IMG/VR virus record: IMGVR_UViG_3300020190_000007
Span: 64,001-128,000 of that record
Reading direction: 5' to 3' (one strand)
DNA from: a virus
DNA: 64,000 nucleotides
Position 1 is the stretch's first letter, and each line of letters begins with the position of its first letter. This document shows positions 49,055-58,148 of this stretch, in pieces. The notes below the pieces were generated by a model that was not told the origin of the DNA, searched no databases, and saw nothing but the letters and a program-made list of their open reading frames with translations. The translations under genes were made by a program, and so were the position numbers.

Positions 49055-50818
49055 TTATCTCAAGGTGTCAAGACTAAATGTAGACAAACCACTTACGTTT
49101 ACCACACCAAAATAACGGTTGTTAACCATTTTCTTAGCGTATCTGGTCATAATACCTTTGATTGGTGTAAAGTTGAATGGATTGTACATTGTAGGTGTTA
49201 ATTGTAATGGAACGTATGGTGCGTAAATATAACCAGCGTCCAACAATGATTTACCTTTGTGACCGATAACAACCTTACCAGCTGGTAAGTATGGGTCACG
49301 GTACACTTGATAACGACCTGCTAAAGAACCGATTTTCTCGATACCCATGTTATATTGGTCTTGCTCAGGAGCCGCGTTTGAAACGTGGAAGTATTCCAAG
49401 TCGTCAAATACTGCAGATACCTCAGAAGATACAACAATCCAGTTAGCTCCACCTCTTAAGGTAGTTTTATGGATTTGAGCTGAGATTTGGTTAATTTTGG
49501 TAACCAATGTTTGGTTCCAGTCTTTTTGAGTGTAACCAGCGAATGATGAACCATCGTTACCGTATCTCCATTCGTTGTAGTCCCACTTAGATGTCCAAGC
49601 GGCACCTTTACGAATGTCACGAAGGATTTCACGGTCGATTTCTGCTGCGATTTGCTCAGACAATAAAGCTGTCAATTCAGCTTCAGCATCGATGTTGTGG
49701 AATGCACTTACGTCTTGTGCTAATTCAGGAGACCAGCTAGCTCTCAATTTTCTTTCAGTTACAGAAACTGTTACTGACTCAAGGTCGAAAGATACTTCAC
49801 CGATTTCTTCTTCGAATTCTAATGAATTGTATTCTCTCCAACTTACCTTAATGTCACTCGCCGCTAATGATGAACCAGCAACTGTGTAATCTGTAAAACC
49901 TGTTGTTACACCGTTGTACTTTTGTAAGTCGATAGATAAGTAAATAACTCCATCAGCGTCACAAACGTTTGTGAATTTACCTGTTCTACCACTGTCTTTA
50001 GAACCGTACTCTACAATGCCTTTACCGTATTTTTGAGTTACTACGCTGAAAGGAATATTAGCGGCTGCAGTAGCACCTAAGTGAGTATATAACGAACTAT
50101 CAAGACCTGATAAAGTGTAAACAGTTAATGATGCTAAGAACTCTTCAGTATCCATGACATGACCATTAGGGCCGGAAAGTTTACTAGCACCTTCGTAAGT
50201 TGTAAAACCTGAAATTTTAGCAATTACACTTGATACTGTGTTACCTGTAGCAATAGCCGCTTGAGTTGAAGCTACGCCGTTACTAAATGTAACAAATTCA
50301 ATTGTTGAGCCAGTAATTGTTGCAAAAGTACCTTTTGAGTAGTCAAACAAACCAGAATCAACTGAATCACTCGCTTCGTAGAAACGGTCATACAAGTTGT
50401 TACCAGTGTAACCAACGGCTGGGTCGGTATCGGTTGTGTTTGGGAAACCGAATGGTTGACGGTGTGCGTTTGCCGATGTTCTATCTTGAATTTTAGGTAC
50501 AAAGTAGAACAATTTACCGATAGGTAAGTTCATTGCTTGTACGGATACGATGTCGTTCGCTAACAATTTAGAGAAAACACGACGGATAATAGGGAATACT
50601 ACAGTTTCAAATGAACCTGAAGCATCGGCTACAGCCGCTTCGTTGATTAGGTATGAAGCTTGGTTTTCATACAATTGTGCGATGTTGTCTTTTTGGTGAC
50701 CGTTAAGACCCTCAAGGAATCCTAAGTCATCCCATTTTTTAATGGTATCTTCTTTGATAACACGGAGGTGTTTTAATCCAATGTTACCAACCATACCAGA
50801 TTCTAATAATGCTCCCAT
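49055..50818 (-). CDS. gp23: Major capsid protein (T4 gp23-like)
   Basis: IVSVQAMNLP, RKLRASWSPELAQD, AEIDREI, GYIYAPYVPL, GIMTRYA. Confidence 0.96.
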   Translation of the reverse strand: MGALLESGMVGNIGLKHLRVIKEDTIKKWDDLGFLEGLNGHQKDNIAQLYENQASYLINEAAVADASGSFETVVFPIIRRVFSKLLANDIVSVQAMNLPIGKLFYFVPKIQDRTSANAHRQPFGFPNTTDTDPAVGYTGNNLYDRFYEASDSVDSGLFDYSKGTFATITGSTIEFVTFSNGVASTQAAIATGNTVSSVIAKISGFTTYEGASKLSGPNGHVMDTEEFLASLTVYTLSGLDSSLYTHLGATAAANIPFSVVTQKYGKGIVEYGSKDSGRTGKFTNVCDADGVIYLSIDLQKYNGVTTGFTDYTVAGSSLAASDIKVSWREYNSLEFEEEIGEVSFDLESVTVSVTERKLRASWSPELAQDVSAFHNIDAEAELTALLSEQIAAEIDREILRDIRKGAAWTSKWDYNEWRYGNDGSSFAGYTQKDWNQTLVTKINQISAQIHKTTLRGGANWIVVSSEVSAVFDDLEYFHVSNAAPEQDQYNMGIEKIGSLAGRYQVYRDPYLPAGKVVIGHKGKSLLDAGYIYAPYVPLQLTPTMYNPFNFTPIKGIMTRYAKKMVNNRYFGVVNVSGLSTFSLDTLR

Positions 50819-50845
50819 TTTAGTATTAATTTTTAATTTTTAAGT

Positions 50846-52201
50846 TTATTTTATTTTTGCCATTAAATCTTTCATTCTTCTGAATTGTGGATTCTCATAT
50901 GCTTTTGATTCCGACAATACTTTTGAAGAAGAAGATGTTTGTGACGTTGTTATTTTATCAACCACTGATTCAGTTACAGGTTTTTTTGTATCTAATTCAG
51001 TTTTTATAGAACTATATAAGTTCTTAGACTCTTTCAAGGTTGAGATTGAATCGAATCTTTTTAAGATGTTTAACTTCTCTTGTTTGGTGGTCGAGTGTTC
51101 AGTAAACAAACGGGTAGCGTAAGCCAAGTTAGCGTTGAATACAGCAACTTCATTTAACTTTTCTTTGAATAAGACTAAAGCCTTTTTATATTCATCGTTT
51201 TGTTTTTTGAGTTTACTAACTTCTTCGTTGATTGAACCCGAACCAGCTTTATATTTTGTTTTGCCTTTAATACCGGCTCTATTCATACCACCTTTATCTC
51301 CGTGAAGATTTGATGTAGTTCTTGATGCTTCATCAACGTCACCCATCTTGGGGTCTTGGTCTTCGTCATCTTCGCACATCTTTTCGTCCTCGTACATCTT
51401 GGGGTCTATTTCATATTCGCACAACTCGTCGTCCTCGGGCATCATCATAGGGTCCATCATGTCTTCATCAACATCATCAAGTTCGATTTCGTAAACTGTT
51501 TGTTCAGAATCATCCATCATTTCTTTCAATTCATTTGAATATTCCGACTCATAACCCATGCCCATGTCTTCATCATCCATTTCCATGTCTTCATCATCCA
51601 TTTCCATGTCTTCATCATCCATTTCCATGTCTTCATCATCCATTTCCATGTCTTCATCATCCATTTCCATGTCTTCATCATCCATTTCCATGTCTGCACC
51701 TAACTTAATGATATACTCGTCATCACCATCAGACAATTCGATGTGGTCATCATCTTTCTTAACGATTACTCCATCTTCAGGACTCATTGCTTTAAAAACT
51801 TTTAAAATTTCGTCTTCGTCAGCACCAGTCATATCAACCACATCGTCATCATCCATGTCTCCAAAGTCGTTCATGTTATCCATGTCGCCAAAGTCGTCAT
51901 CAGATGAATCTTTTGAGTCGATGTCTTTAGATAGTTCATCAGATGAGTTGTCATCATCTTCGTCTGATTTATCGTCCCCAGTGTTATCGTCAGCACCTGC
52001 TGATACATCGTCTGCGGGGTCTTCTTCAGGATTAGGTTGTTCTTTAACAACTTTTTCCTCATCTTCCATGGATTCTTTCAACAAATCGCCGATTTCTTGT
52101 TTCATAGTTGAAGCAAGTATACCTTTTGCGTTTGCCCTTACCGCCTCCTCAAGGGTCTGTACTTGAAGCAATGCTTGTTCTAGAATGGATTTTTCGCTCA
52201 T
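50846..52201 (-). CDS. Prohead core scaffolding protein (gp22-like)
   Basis: Highly acidic, coiled-coil C-terminus, between protease and capsid genes. Confidence 0.8.
   Translation of the reverse strand: MSEKSILEQALLQVQTLEEAVRANAKGILASTMKQEIGDLLKESMEDEEKVVKEQPNPEEDPADDVSAGADDNTGDDKSDEDDDNSSDELSKDIDSKDSSDDDFGDMDNMNDFGDMDDDDVVDMTGADEDEILKVFKAMSPEDGVIVKKDDDHIELSDGDDEYIIKLGADMEMDDEDMEMDDEDMEMDDEDMEMDDEDMEMDDEDMEMDDEDMGMGYESEYSNELKEMMDDSEQTVYEIELDDVDEDMMDPMMMPEDDELCEYEIDPKMYEDEKMCEDDEDQDPKMGDVDEASRTTSNLHGDKGGMNRAGIKGKTKYKAGSGSINEEVSKLKKQNDEYKKALVLFKEKLNEVAVFNANLAYATRLFTEHSTTKQEKLNILKRFDSISTLKESKNLYSSIKTELDTKKPVTESVVDKITTSQTSSSSKVLSESKAYENPQFRRMKDLMAKIK
51562..51695. repeat. Perfect 21-bp tandem repeat x6 encoding (DMEMDDE)6
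   Basis: ccatgtcttcatcatccattt repeated six times. Confidence 0.95.
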
Positions 52202-52281
52202 ATTATTAAATATATTTACCTATAAATATGCTGATAATGTAAAAAAATACCGATTATAGTTTGATAACCTATAATAAATTA

Positions 52282-52965
52282 TTATTTACCTAAATAACTA
52301 TCCAACTTTGACATCAAATTTTTCATTCTATTTGAGTCTGATGGATTTTCTTGAATTGATTCTTGATATTGGTCCCTGTCTTTTAAGTCTGAGAATACAT
52401 ATGCACCTGGTGTACTTGGGGATGACACTAAATCAAAACACACTAATTCAAAATCTTCTTGAACAATGTTTTGACCTTTAATATTTTTTAAAGAACCAAC
52501 ACCTCTTGATGATATACCAAGTGTTGCACCATTCATTAATAACATGGCAGCTTGGTCACCTTTAGTACTAACTATTCCCATTTTTTTCCAAGCGGGAGAA
52601 GTAAATAATTTTATTTTACCCATAAGGATTTTACCATCCCACCATGTTTCTAAAATCGAATGTGAAACTCTGTCTAAATCTATTAGTGAAGATGTTGGGT
52701 GATTTAGTTCGTTTAATGCACCACCTTTATTTATAATAGATTGATATTTTTCATTTTCTCTCTTAAGAATGTCTTCAGGGTAGATTCTACCATTTTTATT
52801 TGGTGTATCATATTTTTGTAAAACAGCGTAAAGGACCACATCATCAGAATAGTCCACATCTTTCATTTCAGAAATAATTTTCTGATTTTCTTTTGGTGAT
52901 ATATAACCAGCGTCGTATTCTATTAGTATACCTTTACCGGTTTCATTTGGGCCGAGTATTTTCAT
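52282..52965 (-). CDS. gp21: Prohead core protease (T4 gp21-like)
   Basis: NKNGRIYP, ELNHP, VSH, GISSRGVGS, FDLVSSPSTPGA. Confidence 0.93.
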   Translation of the reverse strand: MKILGPNETGKGILIEYDAGYISPKENQKIISEMKDVDYSDDVVLYAVLQKYDTPNKNGRIYPEDILKRENEKYQSIINKGGALNELNHPTSSLIDLDRVSHSILETWWDGKILMGKIKLFTSPAWKKMGIVSTKGDQAAMLLMNGATLGISSRGVGSLKNIKGQNIVQEDFELVCFDLVSSPSTPGAYVFSDLKDRDQYQESIQENPSDSNRMKNLMSKLDSYLGK

Positions 52966-52995
52966 CCAACTTTTTATAATAAATACCTCAGATAC

Positions 52996-53424
52996 TTAAT
53001 TAATTTTTTTTTCAAAGAAATTAAATAAAGTTTCGTTCGTCAAAACGGTGTCTATTATAGTTTCTGATAAGTTGGTAATAATATTTTCAACTTCTTTAGA
53101 ACGCACATCAAAAAATTTATCGACATACAATGTAATTTCAAGGTCCATGAAAGACCTTTTATTTGTTTTTATGGCACTAGTTTTAATATCCAAATCAACA
53201 ATTGATTCTCTTTTAAATAAATCAGAATTTAAACAATAAACTTTTTCTTTTATTTGTCTTCTTGTTTTTGAAATTAATTTTTCAAAATCGTGGTCGTTTA
53301 TTGTTGGTTGAGTCCATGAATTTAATTGTACGTAGATTGTTTTTAAGTTTTTACAATCAACCGTTCCGTATCCAATTTTTACATTATTGTGAACACCAAT
53401 TGAAATAAACTTTCCTTTTTTCAT
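52996..53424 (-). CDS. Hypothetical protein
   Basis: 142-aa ORF divergent from bS21. Confidence 0.65.
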   Translation of the reverse strand: MKKGKFISIGVHNNVKIGYGTVDCKNLKTIYVQLNSWTQPTINDHDFEKLISKTRRQIKEKVYCLNSDLFKRESIVDLDIKTSAIKTNKRSFMDLEITLYVDKFFDVRSKEVENIITNLSETIIDTVLTNETLFNFFEKKIN

Positions 53425-53521
53425 TTAATAATATCATACTTATGTACTTTATGGTGTATTTAAAATATACAAAATAAACTTAATAAATCAAAACTTTTTA
53501 TTTATATTTCAAAAAAAGATT

Positions 53522-53722
53522 ATGATAATCGTAAACGTCAACAAAGAAAAAAACCTTGAATCAGCATTAAAAAAATACAAATACAAGGTTCAAAAAACTA
53601 AACAAATCGAAAAACTTAGAAAAAAACAAGAATATGTTAAACCATCGGTTGAAAAAAGAGATAAAAAATTAAAGGCGATTTATAAGCAGCAATTGTTTAC
53701 CGATAAAGAAAAATCAAATTAA
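53522..53722 (+). CDS. rpsU: Phage-encoded 30S ribosomal protein bS21
   Basis: NLESALKKYKYKV...LRKKQEYVKPSVEKR..KAIY matches the bS21 pattern. Confidence 0.9.
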   Translation: MIIVNVNKEKNLESALKKYKYKVQKTKQIEKLRKKQEYVKPSVEKRDKKLKAIYKQQLFTDKEKSN

Positions 53723-54454
53723 ACCATTTTTTAATTCAATTAGTTTATAGTAATTGAATTTTGAAATTTCCGATTTTTCAACTTCTAATTTTACATTAGT
53801 AAGTTTACTAACTACAGAATCTTCGGTAGATTCTTTTAATAGTGAATCTAATTTGTTATTAAGTTCTTTTTTTACAGAGTTCATTTCATTAATCAATTCC
53901 TCATCAGTCATTGATACAATCTTATTGAAAGTTTCTTTTTGTTCCTCATTCAAAAAATCACTATACTTAATATTAAAATTATTTACCAACACCGCATTCA
54001 ATAAAGAATGATTTTCTATTTGAACTGAAGGTTTTTCAAAAATTTCTTTTTTCTTTTCTTGAATCAAATGAAATATTAAGTTTTCTCTAGCGTCAATCTT
54101 AGATGCGATATTGTGCATATTGGTTTCCTCCGAAAGAATATCCAAATCGTTATAAAGTAAATTTGATTCCGCTACAACGCCTTTGATTGATTTATCAAAC
54201 TCTTTTATTTCTTTTTTCAAAGATTTAGTTTTTTCTACTAAAATAGGTTCAATAGATTCCACATATAATTTGGCTTTATCTTTTGATGAAATGTTCAAGT
54301 TTTCAATATTTTCATAAAACATATACATTTCAGATAAAGATTTATTTGATTTTAGTTTATTTACTAAATCTTTAATTTCACCTTTATTATTAGAGGCGTA
54401 AGATTCGGTAAGTTTTGTTAATAGTTTTATTTTTAATTTACCAAAGTTTGTCAT
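53714..54454 (-). CDS. Hypothetical helical prohead protein
   Basis: 246 aa immediately downstream of the portal gene. Confidence 0.6.
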   Translation of the reverse strand: MTNFGKLKIKLLTKLTESYASNNKGEIKDLVNKLKSNKSLSEMYMFYENIENLNISSKDKAKLYVESIEPILVEKTKSLKKEIKEFDKSIKGVVAESNLLYNDLDILSEETNMHNIASKIDARENLIFHLIQEKKKEIFEKPSVQIENHSLLNAVLVNNFNIKYSDFLNEEQKETFNKIVSMTDEELINEMNSVKKELNNKLDSLLKESTEDSVVSKLTNVKLEVEKSEISKFNYYKLIELKNGLI

Positions 54455-54459
54455 TTTTG

Positions 54460-56274
54460 TTATTCGTTTAAGAAGTTTTTAAGTTTATTTTCTATTTCAT
54501 AAATATTATCTTGAGCTTTATTCATATCAAACAAATCTTCTAATTTGTCATTTTCGTTCAACATACTCAATATATTGTGTTTTTTTGTTTCGTTCTCACT
54601 CAAAGGAGCGTCTCCACCCCCCGCTGGTGGCGGTGGTGGTGGGGTACCTCCGCCCGTACCCATATTCATACCGCCAGCATCGCCGCCAGCCGCATCTCCA
54701 CCTTCTTGTCTTTCCTCTTCGGGAACCCCATATTTTGAATCAACATCATCAAATACACCACTTCGTTTGATAACGTTTTGTGTGTTAGTTAATTCGAAAC
54801 CAATTGCTCTTTCAATTCTTTGTTGTTGTAAATCAAGAATCACTTCACTGTCACTCATACCAAGAATATTTTTCTTAGCCCAAGTATGTGAAACAGGTAG
54901 GATTCCAATTTGAGATTGGTCAGATGTTGCATCTTTATACAATACAATTTTTTCTTTCCATTGTTCAATTCTCAACAAATCAGATTGTGCTGACGGGTTT
55001 GTTAATGATAATGTGAAATTATCTAATTCATCTTCCAAACCCAATAAGTAAAGATGAATTAATGCTATTTTATTTAATTCTTGAATTACCGATTTTTGAA
55101 TTCTGTTGATTGTTCTTGCAAAACGAATATCCATCAACGCGAGAGTTTTACCGTCACCAACAACTTCTTCAAAACCTAAGAAAGCTTTTGGAATACGAAG
55201 TGCCGCCAACATTTTCTTTTGGATATATTCAATGTCGGCAATTTCACCTAAGTTTTGTGCCCCTGCTAATGTTTCAATAGGATTTGTTTGAGCTGGGTCA
55301 CGAACAGGGATGAAATAATCTTGGTCAACCGCCATTTGATTATATCTCATATCAACTTGACCGTTTCTTGAATCAACCACTTGGTCTCTTTTAAATTTAT
55401 TAGCCACACGTTGTACATAAGCCTCGATGTCTTTGTCATCCATGTTACCAACAAATATTTTAAAAACCCTTCTTTCAGGTGCTCTTGTTGTTCTATAAAT
55501 CAACATAGCATCCTCTGCTAAAAGTAATTGTTTCCAAATTCTTCTAATTTTATCCAACATAGAGGTACCATAAGGAAGTTTTCTATCATCACCCAATAAT
55601 CTAAAATGGGCTATTTCCCAAGCTTGAAATTCTAAATCTTTATTTTTCCATTGAAATCTTAACTCTCTTGTTGGAAGTTGCATTGAGTTTTGTTGATTTG
55701 GTGTTTTGCTTTCTTTACCTTCATGTCTTTCAATTTCAATATTAGGTAATTGTTGACACCCAATAATACCTCTTTCAGGGTCTATTTTAAGGTAAACAAA
55801 GTTATCGCCGTACTTACAAGTACCCCTTGTCCACATTTGTAAGTTAGTGTTCAAATCTAACCTATTCATAAACAAATCATCAAGAATAATTTTGACTCTT
55901 GATGATTCTGAAAAAATAGTTAATATTTCACCTTTTTCAGATAATGTTGTTGATTCTTCGGCGTATATATCTAAAGCGGCAGAAATTTCAGGAGTAAATT
56001 CCATCGATTCATAATCGTAATATGCTGACAACCTATTTGGTTCGTAATATACCGATTGATTATAAAGAGATTGGTCAAGTTTTGTCCACTTGTCTGCAAT
56101 GTATTGACTCTGCTGAGCTTGTAGCATCGATTTTTCATACTCCTCCCTACTATTTGTTTTTAGTATTTGTTCTTTATCAAAATTGAAAGACGGAGCCTCC
56201 TCAGGAGTTACCCTACCAGGGAACCCAAACATTTTTGTTAATCTCTGAAATACCGTTAAATTACTTTCCGCCAT
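54460..56274 (-). CDS. gp20: Portal protein (T4 gp20-like)
   Basis: EISAALDIYAEE, EDAMLIYRTTRAPERRVFKIFVGNM, DYFIPVR, IETLAG, DIRFARTI. Confidence 0.95.
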   Translation of the reverse strand: MAESNLTVFQRLTKMFGFPGRVTPEEAPSFNFDKEQILKTNSREEYEKSMLQAQQSQYIADKWTKLDQSLYNQSVYYEPNRLSAYYDYESMEFTPEISAALDIYAEESTTLSEKGEILTIFSESSRVKIILDDLFMNRLDLNTNLQMWTRGTCKYGDNFVYLKIDPERGIIGCQQLPNIEIERHEGKESKTPNQQNSMQLPTRELRFQWKNKDLEFQAWEIAHFRLLGDDRKLPYGTSMLDKIRRIWKQLLLAEDAMLIYRTTRAPERRVFKIFVGNMDDKDIEAYVQRVANKFKRDQVVDSRNGQVDMRYNQMAVDQDYFIPVRDPAQTNPIETLAGAQNLGEIADIEYIQKKMLAALRIPKAFLGFEEVVGDGKTLALMDIRFARTINRIQKSVIQELNKIALIHLYLLGLEDELDNFTLSLTNPSAQSDLLRIEQWKEKIVLYKDATSDQSQIGILPVSHTWAKKNILGMSDSEVILDLQQQRIERAIGFELTNTQNVIKRSGVFDDVDSKYGVPEEERQEGGDAAGGDAGGMNMGTGGGTPPPPPPAGGGDAPLSENETKKHNILSMLNENDKLEDLFDMNKAQDNIYEIENKLKNFLNE

Positions 56275-56326
56275 GTATATAAATAGTTTAAGAGAATATA
56301 ATTAATTTTATTATTATAATAAAGGA

Positions 56327-58102
56327 TTATCTTTTTTTATTAAACAACCAAGAGTACCGAGAGTATTGTTCTTTTGTTGCGTTGTTATTATGTCTTGGAA
56401 TATTGGGGTCATTATCCACTGACATTGAACCTATTTGGTCAAACGCTGTTCCGTATGAATAAAATGATTTATTTGGTTCATATGTTCTTTCGGACAATGT
56501 CCAAGATTCTAACATCGCTTTATTAGCATTCTCGTTTTTAGTTAGTTGTGCAAATGAAATATCACCAACATATAATGCCATTGACATACTCATAATCGCA
56601 TCATCGTGAGCCCCTTTCATGTGGTCAGGTCTACCATTTATATAAACAAATGTGTTTAATTCATTCATTAATCTCGCAGACCTAACTTGAAACCCTTTTC
56701 TTAATTGTTCTTCAAAAGCAGCAACAATTTGTGTCCTTTTATTGTTAAAGTTAATACCTGGAATTTTTTCCAACGCTTTAGAGTTGTACTCCCAAATATT
56801 TTTGGTATTAATTCCATCTATATAAAGATTTTTATAATTTAACTCTTGTAGTTTTCTTGATGTTGCAACACCCATACCACCGGTAATATCAACCACAATA
56901 AAAGCTTCATAAAGTATCCCCCATTTATATGCGACCGAAGCCAAATCATCAGGTGGTATTTTACCAACATATTCCGCCACTTGTTCTCTTTCATCAAAAT
57001 CTATGATACTAATTGCAGAAAAGTCCTCACTATCACCTCTTGAAACGTCTACACCCATAATATATTTATGACCCTGTACGGGTTCTTTCCATTGCCAAAA
57101 AGTACCATGCATATACTTTTCTTTTGGGTCCCTCAGCATGTTTTTAACAATATTATCTTGTACTTCAGTTGGAATTACACCGTCCCCTGAACCAAGAAAA
57201 TCACATTCTAATTCTTGGGATATTTTTCTTCTATCAAACTTGAATTTTTTACACATTGATTCAAACCAAGAAGATAAAGGTTTAAAACCTTCTTCTTCGT
57301 ATTGTTTGTAATTTTCAATATCAAAATCAGTCATTACAATATCATCATCGTTATATTGTTCTCTATTCAACATGTAATGAACAATATCATTACATTTAAC
57401 CCATCTCAAATCTTTTGTGTAACGAGGGTCTTTGAACCATCTAAGGTCGGTAATGTGAAAATCATTTACAGCTCTAATTGCTTGGTCATAAACACCATAA
57501 TAAATCGGGTCAAAACCGTTTGGGGTAGAAATAAGAATAATCTTACCACCCGTAGATAATGACGCCATAGACGCTGCCCAAAAGTCTTCACCCGCCTCAA
57601 TATACGCAGCTTCGTCAAATATAAGAATTGTAGGTGTATAACCACGTAAAGCATCCGCAGAAGTTGCAACTGCTTTCACTTCGCAACCATTGTTTAACCT
57701 AAATCTACTTTCTGAGTTTTTATCGGGTGAAAATCCTACATTAATCCAATCAGGCCACTGGTCTAAAAAATGTCTAATCTTGTTAGCCATTTCAACCGCG
57801 GTGTCTTTTTTGTTTGCGATAATAAGAACTCTTTCAGGGTTCTCGGGTTTTGCTAATTGTAATTTTTTAGAAATCCAAGCGGCAGTAACCGTGGTCACAC
57901 CCGCTTGTCTATACTTTCTTGTGATATTTTCATTGTAATCCTCGTAATCTTTTAATAATTGAATTTGGTCAGGAAAAAGTTTTAATGGAACAAATCTTTT
58001 TTGAGTATTATCGTAAGTCTGTAGGTATGTTCTCAAAGCATATGGTGTATCTTTTAAAATACGGGCATACTCTTTTAATTGTTCTATTTTTTGATTACTC
58101 AT
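56327..58102 (-). CDS. gp17: Terminase large subunit (T4 gp17-like)
   Basis: LFPDQ, KYRQAGVTT, ILIFDEAA, ISTPNG, QELECDF, GVDVSRG, HDDAIM. Confidence 0.95.
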   Translation of the reverse strand: MSNQKIEQLKEYARILKDTPYALRTYLQTYDNTQKRFVPLKLFPDQIQLLKDYEDYNENITRKYRQAGVTTVTAAWISKKLQLAKPENPERVLIIANKKDTAVEMANKIRHFLDQWPDWINVGFSPDKNSESRFRLNNGCEVKAVATSADALRGYTPTILIFDEAAYIEAGEDFWAASMASLSTGGKIILISTPNGFDPIYYGVYDQAIRAVNDFHITDLRWFKDPRYTKDLRWVKCNDIVHYMLNREQYNDDDIVMTDFDIENYKQYEEEGFKPLSSWFESMCKKFKFDRRKISQELECDFLGSGDGVIPTEVQDNIVKNMLRDPKEKYMHGTFWQWKEPVQGHKYIMGVDVSRGDSEDFSAISIIDFDEREQVAEYVGKIPPDDLASVAYKWGILYEAFIVVDITGGMGVATSRKLQELNYKNLYIDGINTKNIWEYNSKALEKIPGINFNNKRTQIVAAFEEQLRKGFQVRSARLMNELNTFVYINGRPDHMKGAHDDAIMSMSMALYVGDISFAQLTKNENANKAMLESWTLSERTYEPNKSFYSYGTAFDQIGSMSVDNDPNIPRHNNNATKEQYSRYSWLFNKKR

Positions 58103-58115
58103 ATATATAAATATG

Positions 58116-58142
58116 AAAAAGGGTGGTTAAAAACCACCCTTC
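58116..58142. terminator. Intrinsic terminator upstream of the terminase gene
   Basis: AAGGGTGGTT-AAA-AACCACCCTT with a T tract on the minus strand. Confidence 0.8.
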
Positions 58143-58148
58143 GAACTT

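Noticed and set aside
51558-52166. 202-aa Ser-rich plus-strand ORF (MSSSSIS repeats)
   Set aside because: Antisense reading of the acidic scaffold gene and its 21-bp repeat
25560-58102. Inteins or introns in polymerase, terminase, portal or capsid genes
   Set aside because: All are continuous ORFs with ordered motifs and no visible splicing or homing endonuclease insertions
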